Origin: Methanosphaera stadtmanae
Lineage (GTDB): Archaea > Methanobacteriota > Methanobacteria > Methanobacteriales > Methanobacteriaceae
NCBI GenBank assembly: GCA_015062825.1
Contig: SUTR01000003.1
Span: 22,716 to 86,715, forward strand
Length of the DNA: 64,000 bases
Reading direction: 5' to 3'
Under the pieces are notes generated by a model that worked only from the letters and a program-made list of their open reading frames with translations, was not told the origin of the DNA and did not search any database. Position 1 is the first letter of the stretch. Each line of letters opens with the position of its first letter. Below are positions 10,749-21,323 of this stretch, one piece after another. Position numbers and translations under genes: made by a program.

Positions 10749-10949
10749 ATGTATGAAAATAAGTTAATCCAACAGTCAAGTGGACAAATATCAGCTGAAT
10801 ACATACTATTGCTTGCAGGCATAATAGTAATAGTTCTAATCTCAATGAACATATATCAACACTACGTCAGTGATTTTAAAAGTGAGATAAATGACAGTCA
10901 AGTCAAAACTCTACTGGATGAAATTGACAGTTTAAACAGTATATTCTAA
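10749..10949 (+). CDS. Small class III signal peptide (type IV pilin-like) protein
   Basis: SG|QISAEYILLLAGIIVIVLI has G at -1, E at +5 and a hydrophobic helix; AGGTGA RBS overlaps the upstream stop. Confidence 0.75.
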   Translation: MYENKLIQQSSGQISAEYILLLAGIIVIVLISMNIYQHYVSDFKSEINDSQVKTLLDEIDSLNSIF

Positions 10950-11254
10950 ATGTCTTAATATAATATGATTCTCTAATTTTTAGATAACATATTATATGTT
11001 TTTTATCTATTTTTTTAGATTACACATCCTATCTTTTTTTTTCAAAAAAAAATATCATAAACTGTTTAAATAACTTTTTAAAATATATTGAGGAGTTTAA
11101 ATTATCAATTTAAAATTTTACTATATAATAGGGTATAATAATATTAGATATTACAAAAATATTGAAAAAAGAGAAAATATTAGCTATATTCCAATTAAAA
11201 CATTTTTATTGCTTAATTTATCAGAAAGCTATACTTAAAGCTTTAAGTGTGCAC

Positions 11255-11298
11255 AAAAAGAGAAAAATAATATGTTAACTTATTAATCTTCTCTTTTT
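11255..11298 (-). terminator. Inverted repeat with T-tract, probable terminator of the tRNA-binding protein gene
   Basis: AAAAAGAGAA (11255-64) / TTCTCTTTTT (11289-98), perfect 10-bp arms about 20 nt after the stop at 11320. Confidence 0.55.
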
Positions 11299-11319
11299 AT
11301 TATTTTTATAGGGTTCTAG

Positions 11320-12045
11320 TTAATCTTTGATATATGCATCAACAAGATTTCTTGTTTCATTCAATGCATTTACATCAATATGTTGTGGAAGGCTTCCAAG
11401 TTCTCCTTCAACATCCTTCAATATTCCTTCACCAGCACCTAAAAACATTCCTTCACTTGCAACTCCCATAAATTCTGATGGTGGAAGCAATGCTACTCCT
11501 ACCTTGTCATTATCCTTTACAGTCAGGTCATTGGTAATGACAGTAATTGCCCTTTTTCCTAGATTTACATTACAGACCATTAAGTTATCTGTTTTCTGGT
11601 GTTTGCTTACACTAACCAATTGGCCAACCTGGATATCTACTCCTATAACTGGATCATCTATCTCTCCAAGTTTTAATCTGTCAGGCAATCCTCTTATTGT
11701 GTTGAAGAAGAATTTCATCTTAGCAAGTGGCAAGTCAAGTTTTTCCCGTTCCTGTCTGTTAAGTTCTGACTGGAATTTCTTAGCATAGTCTTCTCCACCA
11801 ATATTTTCAATTATTTCATCAGCACTTTTTAAAAGATTTTCCATCTGTGGAGTTTCAGCTAATTCCTGTGGTGAAACATATGAATAGTATAATGTCTGAA
11901 TATCAGGATTCATATTTTTTGCAAGTAAACGTGCTTGTTTCTTATTCCATGATCCTCGTAGGTTTGATCCTTCAACTACTCTAACAAAATCTTCTATTGA
12001 TTTTTCAGCAACTTTTAATCTATAATCTTTACTGGTATCCCACAT
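11320..12045 (-). CDS. tRNA-binding protein with C-terminal EMAP/Trbp111-like OB domain
   Basis: C-terminal [15 protein letters not shown]...TVITND...[16 protein letters not shown]. Confidence 0.85.
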   Translation of the reverse strand: MWDTSKDYRLKVAEKSIEDFVRVVEGSNLRGSWNKKQARLLAKNMNPDIQTLYYSYVSPQELAETPQMENLLKSADEIIENIGGEDYAKKFQSELNRQEREKLDLPLAKMKFFFNTIRGLPDRLKLGEIDDPVIGVDIQVGQLVSVSKHQKTDNLMVCNVNLGKRAITVITNDLTVKDNDKVGVALLPPSEFMGVASEGMFLGAGEGILKDVEGELGSLPQHIDVNALNETRNLVDAYIKD

Positions 12046-12356
12046 ATTATTTATTCCTAAAAATTTTTTTATTTATCATTAAATTATTATATTTGAATCG
12101 AATAATTTTCCTATTAATTATTATTTAAATCGTAATTATTATTTTTTATTGCTGTTTTAAGTTATTCTAATATTTTTAAAATTCATTGATACTAAAAATT
12201 TACTAGGTTATTTTTATATATTATGTCTGATATAAATTATATACACTAGAAATTATATTTGATAATATTATCAAATAAGCTAAAGTATGCATTAAAAAAA
12301 ACATAATTAGTTGTAATTTATTAATTTCATATATAAACAATATCTTGGTGGTAATT

Positions 12357-12743
12357 ATGGTAAACTTAACAACATTTTACAATAGAAACATTTACAACAC
12401 AGAAGGAAAATTTATAGGACAAGTCAACGAAATAGTATTAAATATTAAAAAAGGTAGAATTTCTTTTTTCAAAACCAAAGCTATAACTGAAGAAAATAGA
12501 AGTGCTGGATTACGTGATGTAATAAGAAATTCAATGAGAATAGTGCCTGAAGAAGAAACAATGAATCAAGTAACAACCGAAGGTATTATTGATATTCCAT
12601 ATGAATTAGTATCAGCTGTCGGAGATATTATATTAGTAGATCAAAACAAGTTAACACAATACCAAAATGCAATGAAACAAAAACAGATGAAAAGACAACC
12701 TCAAAGCATCCCACAACCAAAAATAAATTCTCAAAAACAATAA
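12357..12743 (+). CDS. PRC-barrel domain protein
   Basis: NRNIYNTEGKFIGQVNEIVLN...IPYELVSAVGDIILV. Confidence 0.85.
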   Translation: MVNLTTFYNRNIYNTEGKFIGQVNEIVLNIKKGRISFFKTKAITEENRSAGLRDVIRNSMRIVPEEETMNQVTTEGIIDIPYELVSAVGDIILVDQNKLTQYQNAMKQKQMKRQPQSIPQPKINSQKQ

Positions 12744-12759
12744 ATAATGGAGTATTTTG

Positions 12760-13533
12760 ATGAAAATTGGTATAATGGGTTGTGGAGCAATAGCTAAGGC
12801 AATAATAGATTTTAAACTATCGGGTAAATTAGATGCAGACATAGAATATCTTTATGATTTAAACTATGAAAATGCTAAAGAATTGGCCGAGAAGATAAAT
12901 ATCACTGCAGTAGAAACTCTTGATGAATTAATTGAAAAATCAGATCTAATTCTGGAATCAGCATCACAAAAGGCAGTCATTTCTAATGTTCCTAAAATAT
13001 TGTCTGCTGGCTGTGATGTAGTCATAATGAGTGTGGGGGCCTTATTGGATTCTGAATTTTATGATGAACTTTTAAAGTTAGCACAAGAAAATAATGTGAA
13101 AATTCATCTTCCAACAGGTGCAATTACTGGTATCGACACAGTTAATGCAGCAAATATGGGAAATATAACATCTATAAGTTTAACAACTAGAAAACCTCCA
13201 GTATCATTATCTGTAGAGTTGGATGATGGGGAAGATGAACGAATATTATTTGAAGGCAAAGCATCAGAGGCAGTTAAATTATTCCCAAAAAATATCAATG
13301 TATCTTCAACATTAAGTTTGGCTTCTGGTATTGATGTTGATGTAACTATTATAGCAGATTCTAAAATTAAGAATAATACACATGAAATTCATCTTAAAGG
13401 AACATTTGGTGAATTAACCACAATAACATCAAATGTGGCAAGTGCCAATAATCCAAAAACAAGTGCATTAGCAGCATATTCTGCAGCTAGTCTTCTAAAT
13501 AAATTAAATAAAACAATACAAATCGGTTCTTAG
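12760..13533 (+). CDS. nadX: L-aspartate dehydrogenase
   Basis: GIMGCGAIA Rossmann motif, MSVGALLD, PTGAITGID, TTRKPP, FPKNINV, NNPKTS. Confidence 0.93.
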   Translation: MKIGIMGCGAIAKAIIDFKLSGKLDADIEYLYDLNYENAKELAEKINITAVETLDELIEKSDLILESASQKAVISNVPKILSAGCDVVIMSVGALLDSEFYDELLKLAQENNVKIHLPTGAITGIDTVNAANMGNITSISLTTRKPPVSLSVELDDGEDERILFEGKASEAVKLFPKNINVSSTLSLASGIDVDVTIIADSKIKNNTHEIHLKGTFGELTTITSNVASANNPKTSALAAYSAASLLNKLNKTIQIGS

Positions 13534-13639
13534 AATAATTAAAGTAATATCCTATGATATTTACTGATTATCACCTATTTTTTTATTTAATTCCTTTTTT
13601 TTCTAAAATTCTATAACAATATTTTTTTTAGGTAATATA

Positions 13640-14353
13640 ATGAAATCATATGAAATCTTCTCTCAATTAAAGACTGTTCCTGATGTTCCAGTTATACTGC
13701 GATTGGATGGAAGAACATTTTCAAAATATACTAAACAATTAAAACTAACAAAGCCATTTGATAAACGATTGCGTGATATATTCATTGAAGTATCAAAAGA
13801 TGTATTGTCTGAATTTAATGCAAAATATGTATATATATTCTCTGATGAAATCAGCATACTCTTTGAACAACAACCATTCAATGGACGTGTAGAAAAGTTG
13901 GATTCTGTAGTGGCATCATATGTCACAGCATCATTCATGAAACATTTATATAAATCAAAGGATTTATTTGACATTGATATAACAAATATGGATATTCCCT
14001 CCTTTGATTGTCGTATAGTAATGACAAATAATTTAAAGCAATACTTTAAATGGCGACAGGATGAAGCATGGCGCAACTGTATAAATGGATATGCACAGTC
14101 CATGCTTAACAAGACACATAGTTCCCGGGAAACCTCCCAGATTTTATATGGACTCAACAAGTCACAGATTCATGAATTGTTATATGAAAATGGAGTGAAC
14201 ATTGCACATGTACCCACATGGCAAAAGAGAGGTATAGCGGTATATAAGAAGGAATATCAGAAGGAAAACATCAATCCTGAAAATAATAAAAAGAATATCT
14301 CCACTTATAAAAAAGTTTATGTAGATATGCAAATAAATTTAATACGAGAATGA
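13640..14353 (+). CDS. thg1: tRNA(His) guanylyltransferase Thg1 / Thg1-like protein
   Basis: ILRLDGRTFSKYT, FSDEISI, FNGRVEK, SFDCR, WRQDEAWRNC, WQKRG. Confidence 0.92.
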   Translation: MKSYEIFSQLKTVPDVPVILRLDGRTFSKYTKQLKLTKPFDKRLRDIFIEVSKDVLSEFNAKYVYIFSDEISILFEQQPFNGRVEKLDSVVASYVTASFMKHLYKSKDLFDIDITNMDIPSFDCRIVMTNNLKQYFKWRQDEAWRNCINGYAQSMLNKTHSSRETSQILYGLNKSQIHELLYENGVNIAHVPTWQKRGIAVYKKEYQKENINPENNKKNISTYKKVYVDMQINLIRE

Positions 14354-14416
14354 CATATAATAATTATATTAATAAAATAATTCTTTATCTTGATATCATT
14401 ATCTTGAGGTAGAAAC

Positions 14417-15580
14417 ATGGATTTTCAGAAAAAATTAAGTAAGTTACTAGGAAATGACAAAACATTTGACGAAGTTCAAATAGACAAACGAGTAATAGAA
14501 GAAGTAGTAAAGATTGCAAGAGAAGCTGATCCAAAGGAATATGTGGCTTTATTATCTGGAAAAATTAATAAAAAAATCCTTAAAATCACAGGACTGATTT
14601 TTTTACCATTTAAGGCTTCTGAAACCAGTGCAGTAATGGAAGTTTTCATGATGCCAATTACTACAGATGCAGTAGGTTCAATACATAGTCATCCAGGACC
14701 AAGTAACAGACCTTCTGATGCAGATAGAATATTCTTTGGAAAAAATGGATATTTCCATTTAATCATTTGCAGACCTTATACAGATGCTACAATTGCATCC
14801 TATGATGCATTTGGTAATCCAATAGATTATAAAGTAGTTGATTTGGGTGAAGAAGTGGAACTTAAACAATGGGATGAATTAGATATTGATAAAGAATTAT
14901 TTGATGATGAACTCCTCGCAGAATTAGAACGATTGGAGCATGAAGAAGATTCAGATGAATCAAATGATGAGGATTCTCTTGATAATATTGATTTTTCCGA
15001 TAATGATGATTCATTTGATAGTCAAAAGTCTATGGATATTCCTGATGAAATTAGTGACAATGAATTTGACAGTACACATAATGATTATGTTCCATCAGCT
15101 GATGAAAACAATGATAATAAACCTAAAAGTAATTATTATATAAATTCAACAGGATTATCTCGTAAGAACTTAGTATTAAAAAATAAGAATAATGCGGAGC
15201 AAAAGCCTATGGATAAAAAAGATAATTCAAAAAAAGCAGAACCTAAAGATGCAGAAATTGTGGATCCTAAAGTACCTAAATGGGTAAATATCAACATTGA
15301 AAGTCAAGGTAAAGTAATTGAAAAACAATTGCCAGTACCTCCTGAGTATGAAGTGGGTGATGATTTGATAGTTGATGTACGTACAGACAGAACGCCTGGG
15401 GATAACATTGATGAAATTATTCTAAAGGTACAAAAATCACCAAAAAATCTTGCAAAACAACAACAACTAGAGACATCTACTGGTAAATCATCAGAAGAAT
15501 TGGATGATGAAATAAAACAGATGGAAGAAGATATTAAACGTTTAAAAGAAGAAAATGAACGTTTAAGAAATGATCAATAA
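14417..15580 (+). CDS. JAMM/MPN+ metalloprotease with long acidic and coiled-coil C-terminal extension
   Basis: PKEYVALL (Glu) and HSHPGPSNRPSDAD (HxH-x7-S-x2-D); D/E-rich middle; terminal heptad-like helix. Confidence 0.85.
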   Translation: MDFQKKLSKLLGNDKTFDEVQIDKRVIEEVVKIAREADPKEYVALLSGKINKKILKITGLIFLPFKASETSAVMEVFMMPITTDAVGSIHSHPGPSNRPSDADRIFFGKNGYFHLIICRPYTDATIASYDAFGNPIDYKVVDLGEEVELKQWDELDIDKELFDDELLAELERLEHEEDSDESNDEDSLDNIDFSDNDDSFDSQKSMDIPDEISDNEFDSTHNDYVPSADENNDNKPKSNYYINSTGLSRKNLVLKNKNNAEQKPMDKKDNSKKAEPKDAEIVDPKVPKWVNINIESQGKVIEKQLPVPPEYEVGDDLIVDVRTDRTPGDNIDEIILKVQKSPKNLAKQQQLETSTGKSSEELDDEIKQMEEDIKRLKEENERLRNDQ

Positions 15581-15721
15581 TTATTTTTCCCATAACCTTC
15601 TATTTTTTTTAATATGCTATTGAATGAATTTTCTATTTGTGTAAATAGAATTATTGTAATATTTAAATTGTCGCATTTTTCAAAAAAAAAAATAATAATG
15701 GGGTTTAGTTTTTAAATGTTT

Positions 15722-17293
15722 TTATAAAGTTACAGCTTTAACTTCAATGATGTCCTCGGTGTTTTCTAAGTCTTTAATTGCATTTTCACTTAGTTCTTGG
15801 TCTACTTTAAGAACCATTACAGCTTCGCCGCCTTCAGATTCTCTTCCAACTTGCATTTCTGCAATGTTTATTTTGTAGTCACCTAATATTTTGCCAATTG
15901 TACCGATGGTTCCTGGTAAGTCAATGTATTTTATTATTCCCATTTTTCCTTCAGGAATCATATTTAAACTGTAGTCGTCAATTGAAATTACTTTTGGTGT
16001 ATTGTTTTCTATTATACCCGTGATGGTCATTTTTTTGTCATCATATTTAATATCAATTTTCATTAATGCATCATGTTTGGTATTGTCAGTTTCTCCTTCA
16101 GTTATTTCAATACCTCTTTGTTGTGCAACTGATTTTGCATTTACAGAGTTAACTGGTTCTGTTAGTATAGGGTTTAGGAATGCTTTTAGTAATTCTCTGG
16201 TTAATGGTTCTTTTGCTCTGCCAGATACGTTTCCACCATAGATTATGTTCATTTCAGATATGTTTGGTGTTGTTGTTTGTACGAGTATTTGACCTAGTTT
16301 TTCTGATAGGTGGAAGTATGGTTTTAGTTTTTGGAAGGTTTCTGAGTCTACTAGTGGCATGTTTAATACATTTGTTGGTGTTTCATTTTGTATTACATGT
16401 TTTACTTCTTTTGCTACAATTATTGCTGCATCACGTTGTGCTTCTTTTGTGGATGCTGCAATGTGTGGTGTAAGTACTACATTGTCAAGTGTTGTTAATG
16501 GACTGTCTTCTAGTGGTTCATTTTCATATACATCTAAACCTGCTTTAAGTTCTGGTCTTTCTTTAAGAACTTCATAAAGGTCAGCTTCGTTGATGATTCC
16601 TCCTCTTGCACAGTTTAAAATTATTGCATTGTCTTTCATTTTTAAAAGCTGTTCTTTTGAAATTAATCCTTTTGTTTCAGGTGTTAATGGTACGTGTATG
16701 GTCATTACATCTGCTCTTTCAATAAGGTCTTCTAGTGTAGTGATTTCAACACCTAATGATTTTGCTGTTTCTTCGGTTATGTATGGGTCATATACTATTA
16801 CATCCATTTCGAATGCTTTTGATCTTTTAACTACTTGGCTTCCGATTCTTCCCATTCCGATTACACCAAGAGTTTTGTTTCTTAGTTCCATTCCCATAAA
16901 TTTACTTTTTTCCCATTTACCTGCTTTAACTGATGCATCTGCTATTGCAATTTTTCTGGATAGTGATAACATTAATCCCATTGCATGTTCTGCTACTGTG
17001 ATTGATGTTGATTGTGGTGCATTTACTACCATAATACCTTTTTCTGTTGCTGCATTAACATCAATGTTGTCCACACCTACTCCTGCTCTTGCAATTATTT
17101 TAAGATTTTCAGCATTTTCAATTACTTCTCTTGTAACTTTGGTTCTGCTTCTTACTATAATTCCTTCATATTCGTTAATTGTTTCAAGAAGTTCTTCTGG
17201 TGTTATTGTAGGATTATTAACTACTTCTGCTACATCTTCTAATACTTCTATACCTTTTTCGTTAATTTTATCTGCTATTAATACTTTTGGCAT
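15722..17293 (-). CDS. serA: D-3-phosphoglycerate dehydrogenase (long form with ASB and ACT domains)
   Basis: [41 protein letters not shown]-terminal [17 protein letters not shown]. Confidence 0.96.
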   Translation of the reverse strand: MPKVLIADKINEKGIEVLEDVAEVVNNPTITPEELLETINEYEGIIVRSRTKVTREVIENAENLKIIARAGVGVDNIDVNAATEKGIMVVNAPQSTSITVAEHAMGLMLSLSRKIAIADASVKAGKWEKSKFMGMELRNKTLGVIGMGRIGSQVVKRSKAFEMDVIVYDPYITEETAKSLGVEITTLEDLIERADVMTIHVPLTPETKGLISKEQLLKMKDNAIILNCARGGIINEADLYEVLKERPELKAGLDVYENEPLEDSPLTTLDNVVLTPHIAASTKEAQRDAAIIVAKEVKHVIQNETPTNVLNMPLVDSETFQKLKPYFHLSEKLGQILVQTTTPNISEMNIIYGGNVSGRAKEPLTRELLKAFLNPILTEPVNSVNAKSVAQQRGIEITEGETDNTKHDALMKIDIKYDDKKMTITGIIENNTPKVISIDDYSLNMIPEGKMGIIKYIDLPGTIGTIGKILGDYKINIAEMQVGRESEGGEAVMVLKVDQELSENAIKDLENTEDIIEVKAVTL

Positions 17294-17472
17294 GTTTGTT
17301 CTCCTATTATTTTTGTTGATGAGATAATAATGTGTTTTTTACACTATATTATTTATGATTTGTATTTATTCTAAACATAATATAAGGTCTATCTCTAATA
17401 GTAATAATTATGTTTTTAATAATATAAATAATAATATACTAAGTAAAAAAATATTTATAGGATTTGATATTG

Positions 17473-18213
17473 ATGACTTTTAATAAAGTAATTCTGGGAT
17501 GTTCACCCTTCACGTTAGGTTTTCAGTTTGGACACAGGTCTCGGATATATGAATTGGATTTTTCAGGACAACCTGAAAATATAGTTGAAGTAATTGATAA
17601 GGCTTATCAGCTAGGTGTAAATAATATTATGCTAAAAAATAATGAGGATTTAATCAATGCTCTTCGACTGTCACAGAATAATGGCAACAAGTGGAAAGTC
17701 ACTGCCTTTTCTACATGTGATAATCTTGATGGTGATCTGGAAGTATTTTCAGAATTTGATGTTGAAACTGTTATTATGGATGGATTGTTTGTAGATAAGA
17801 ATATAGAAGAAGATAATTATGATATTATATCAGATTGTCTTTCAAGAATTAGGGATGCTTCATATATTCCTGCTATTGAGACAAGAATGCCATTTAAAAA
17901 TCTGCCTTTAATTGCAGATTCATCATTTATAGATGACTTTGATACTATTATGATTCCATTTAATTTCTATGGATATATGATGGACTGTAACTTCTTTCAT
18001 AAGGATAATCGTGATGAATTCAAGTCTTTGGTTGAAGGATTGGATAAGACTGTTATTGCTAATAGAACTCTTGCAACAGGTATTCTAAAGCCTCAGGAAG
18101 CATATGATTTTATCAAGGATATAGATTATATTGACAATGTATGTATTGGTATTGCAAATGTGAGTGAGGCAGAGGAAACTATTGGTATAATAAATGAAAT
18201 ACTTAAATCCTAA
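17473..18213 (+). CDS. Conserved hypothetical protein (possible aldo-keto-reductase-like TIM barrel)
   Basis: Long ORF; ILGCSPF start, [17 protein letters not shown] resemble AKR-barrel strands. Confidence 0.55.
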   Translation: MTFNKVILGCSPFTLGFQFGHRSRIYELDFSGQPENIVEVIDKAYQLGVNNIMLKNNEDLINALRLSQNNGNKWKVTAFSTCDNLDGDLEVFSEFDVETVIMDGLFVDKNIEEDNYDIISDCLSRIRDASYIPAIETRMPFKNLPLIADSSFIDDFDTIMIPFNFYGYMMDCNFFHKDNRDEFKSLVEGLDKTVIANRTLATGILKPQEAYDFIKDIDYIDNVCIGIANVSEAEETIGIINEILKS

Positions 18214-19253
18214 TTGGATTCATTTGTTCTTTCATCTATTAATTTTTTTAATTCACTAATCTGTTCCATATCCTCTAGTTCCCAAGTATATATTGCAGGT
18301 ATGCTTTTAATTGAATTTCCTTCATGTTCACGTTTTAATACAAATAATGCTTTGTGTCCAGTTACTGAAGCAATGTCATTGGTTTTCTCTGCAATCAAAT
18401 CCAATGTCTTGTTATTTCTATTCTTATCCATATTTGTTAGAAGTATTTCTGTATCACTGCTTTTCTTGTTAATTTCATTACGTAGTTTATCTATTTCTAT
18501 TAGCTTTTCTTCTATTTTATTTTTTAATGCACTGACTTCCTTAGTATCTTCGGGTCTTATGGAAACTGCATCAAATGGTGTTTTATTGGATGATTTAATT
18601 TCATATCCTAGTTTTATAAGTTCCATTGGCTCCTGTATTGTAGTATCTAAGGTATTCTTTTGTTCTGATTCCAGTAGGTTTATGGATAGGGTGATGGGTT
18701 TGTTTAGAACTTCTTCAAGCATGATTGCTGTTTCAGGATATGTCTGACTATTTCCCTGTTCATATTTATATATGGTTTCTCTTGATACATGGCTTAAATC
18801 TGCAAGTTCCTTTAGTGATAGATTTTTTTGTTCACGTAATTGTTTAAGCAGACTTCCATTTATCTTAACATAATATCCTCCTCTTTTTGCAAGAATCTCT
18901 GGATGCATATTGTTTACTATAATATCACATAATGTTTGTGGGGAAATAACAGGTATTTCATGTCTTTCATATACCACATCATCTTCAAGGTAATGATGTT
19001 TTGATTTTAATCCAATAATTATGGGACTTGCAAGAAATGTTCCGCTAATCTTAGATAATTCTTCTGCTTGCATGGCCGTTAGGCTATCTATATTTACCAG
19101 AATTTTAAGTATTATCAATACATTATTTTTTCGTGCCAGTATATCAAAACAGCTTCTGTCATATATGTTGGATGTTTTATATCCATATGATACGAGCAAG
19201 TGATTGATATCCTTAAGAATAGTTTCACGATTTATTGAATTATCTAATTTCAT
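18210..19253 (-). CDS. Archaeal Cro/C1-type HTH protein with nuclease-fold-like flanks (COG1395 type)
   Basis: [18 protein letters not shown]-terminus; [35 protein letters not shown]. Confidence 0.8.
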   Translation of the reverse strand: MKLDNSINRETILKDINHLLVSYGYKTSNIYDRSCFDILARKNNVLIILKILVNIDSLTAMQAEELSKISGTFLASPIIIGLKSKHHYLEDDVVYERHEIPVISPQTLCDIIVNNMHPEILAKRGGYYVKINGSLLKQLREQKNLSLKELADLSHVSRETIYKYEQGNSQTYPETAIMLEEVLNKPITLSINLLESEQKNTLDTTIQEPMELIKLGYEIKSSNKTPFDAVSIRPEDTKEVSALKNKIEEKLIEIDKLRNEINKKSSDTEILLTNMDKNRNNKTLDLIAEKTNDIASVTGHKALFVLKREHEGNSIKSIPAIYTWELEDMEQISELKKLIDERTNESN

Positions 19254-19317
19254 AATATATAATATATACTTAAGAAGTTAATAAATTAGTATATATTAAT
19301 TTTATATGGAGTATACT

Positions 19318-20592
19318 ATGGAAGATACAGATAATATTATTAAATTACATGTGGGAATTGATGATACTGATTCGGCAGAGGGGATGTGTACAACATATCT
19401 TACTCATATCATTTTGGATAAACTTGCAGATATAGGTATCAAACCAATGGATTATCCTAGACTCATACGTCTAAATCCATTTGCACGTTATAAGACTAGG
19501 GGTAATGGTGCTTTATCATTTGTTGTTGAGATTCCAGAGAACCAAATTGATGAGGTTAAAGGGATTGTACTGGATAATGTAGAAAAGTATTCAATGTTTG
19601 ATGGTGTTAACACCAATCCTGGTGTAGTATTTTATACTGGAGAAATTACAGAGAAAATGTCACAGTATGCAATTGATGCAATATATAATATATATACAAT
19701 AGATTATGCCAGGCAATTTGCAGAAGATAATGATATCGAATATTATCAGTTCAAGAAAGGAAGGGGAATAATAGGATCTATTGCGGCAATAAGCATAGAA
19801 TTGGATGATGTAACCTATGAATGTCTGGCATACCGTACAAAAGAGAATTATGGGACAAAACGCAGGCTTGATGAAGAAAGTATCTTTGAAATGAATGATA
19901 AAACATATCCTGAAACATTTGACAATATTGATATGGAAGGAAATTATGCAGCTATAGAACCTCATACTCCATGTCCTGTATTGTATGGAATTAGAGGAAA
20001 TACTCCGGAGATTGTAGAACAAGCACATGAAATGGTAATATCCTATGAGGATATTGAAGGATATAGAATATTCAAGACTAATCAGCATACCGATATGCAT
20101 ATTCAAGAAAATGTTAAAATATGTGATATGAAAGATACTGGATGTTACTGTTTTGACTGTAAAGTATCATCAAATCCTCATGATATTGAGGGAGGTCATG
20201 TATTCTTTGATGTATGTGATGATACTGGATGTATTGAATGTGCTGCTTTTGAACCTACAAAGTCATTTAGAAATATTGTTCGAAAGTTAAAAGTGGGTGA
20301 TGAATTAACAATATATGGTGGAGTAAATGAAAATCATACCCTAAATATTGAAAAATTCAAGCTTAGAAAAGTATCAAATCAGTATAAATATCTAAATCCA
20401 CTATGTGTTTGTGGTAAACGTATGAAATCGGCTGGTAAAGACAAGGGTTTTAAATGTCCAAAATGTGGACATAAGGATAAAGAAGGTCAAAAGATTGCTG
20501 AAATTATTCCAAGGGATGTTAAGGAAGGATTTTATGAAGTACCAACAGAGGCAAGACGGCACTTGTCCAAGCCAATAATACGTTTTGAATAG
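19318..20592 (+). CDS. tiaS: tRNA(Ile2) agmatidine synthase
   Basis: GIDDTDS..GMCTTY, RLIRLNP..YKTRGN, PCPVLYGIRG, TNQHTD, OB fold, C-terminal Zn ribbon. Confidence 0.95.
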   Translation: MEDTDNIIKLHVGIDDTDSAEGMCTTYLTHIILDKLADIGIKPMDYPRLIRLNPFARYKTRGNGALSFVVEIPENQIDEVKGIVLDNVEKYSMFDGVNTNPGVVFYTGEITEKMSQYAIDAIYNIYTIDYARQFAEDNDIEYYQFKKGRGIIGSIAAISIELDDVTYECLAYRTKENYGTKRRLDEESIFEMNDKTYPETFDNIDMEGNYAAIEPHTPCPVLYGIRGNTPEIVEQAHEMVISYEDIEGYRIFKTNQHTDMHIQENVKICDMKDTGCYCFDCKVSSNPHDIEGGHVFFDVCDDTGCIECAAFEPTKSFRNIVRKLKVGDELTIYGGVNENHTLNIEKFKLRKVSNQYKYLNPLCVCGKRMKSAGKDKGFKCPKCGHKDKEGQKIAEIIPRDVKEGFYEVPTEARRHLSKPIIRFE

Positions 20593-21004
20593 AATTATTA
20601 ACTTTTATCCTCCATATATTTTCTTTTCTTAATTATATATGTCATTATTCTATTATTGTCTAAACCATATTTTTTTTTCTCATTTATTTATTACTATTTA
20701 TTATAACTGCTTATCATTTTCTGGTTCTCTCTAAAATTATATAACTAATAACAAATAAAATATATATTTATAAGATATAATTTTATGAACTGATTATAAT
20801 TTTATATGCTCTAACTTAGTAAAAGAGTTTAAAATTATTAGTTCTCATGTCTATCTTGAGGTGATATTCAGTTACTTTAAAAATATTAATTAAATCTTAA
20901 TTAAAGAATTATCATACTTTTTTATTACATTTAAAATTTAATAAGTTATTTTAAAGTATGATATCAAAAAAATAAAAATTGATCATATAAAAGGTGATTT
21001 ATAA

Positions 21005-21319
21005 ATGGCAAATATTTCTGATGCTATTGCTAAAATCAGACAAGCAGAGTCTGAAGCAGATAGCACTATAGAAGAAGCAACAAAAAAATCAACTGAAATG
21101 ATCCAAGAAGCTCGTGTTAATGCAGATTCTGTAATTGATAAAGCAAAAGCTGAAGCTGAAGACCAAGCTAAACATATTATTCTTGCAAAAGAAGAAGAAG
21201 CTGGTAAACAAGCAGTTATCATTACAAACGAATCTGAAGCAAATATCAAAGAATCCTTAAGAGGTTCCCAAGATAAAGTTGATGACGCAGCTGAAATAAT
21301 AATCGAAACTGTATTATAA
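21005..21319 (+). CDS. atpH: A1Ao ATP synthase subunit H
   Basis: Ala/Glu/Lys-rich coiled coil, first gene of the operon. Confidence 0.85.
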   Translation: MANISDAIAKIRQAESEADSTIEEATKKSTEMIQEARVNADSVIDKAKAEAEDQAKHIILAKEEEAGKQAVIITNESEANIKESLRGSQDKVDDAAEIIIETVL

Positions 21320-21323
21320 AGGG

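Noticed and set aside
16590-17327. 245-aa plus-strand ORF (also 18214-18747, 22574-23206, 11327-11788, 56019-56504 and similar)
   Set aside because: Antisense shadows of well-supported genes with no motifs or RBS
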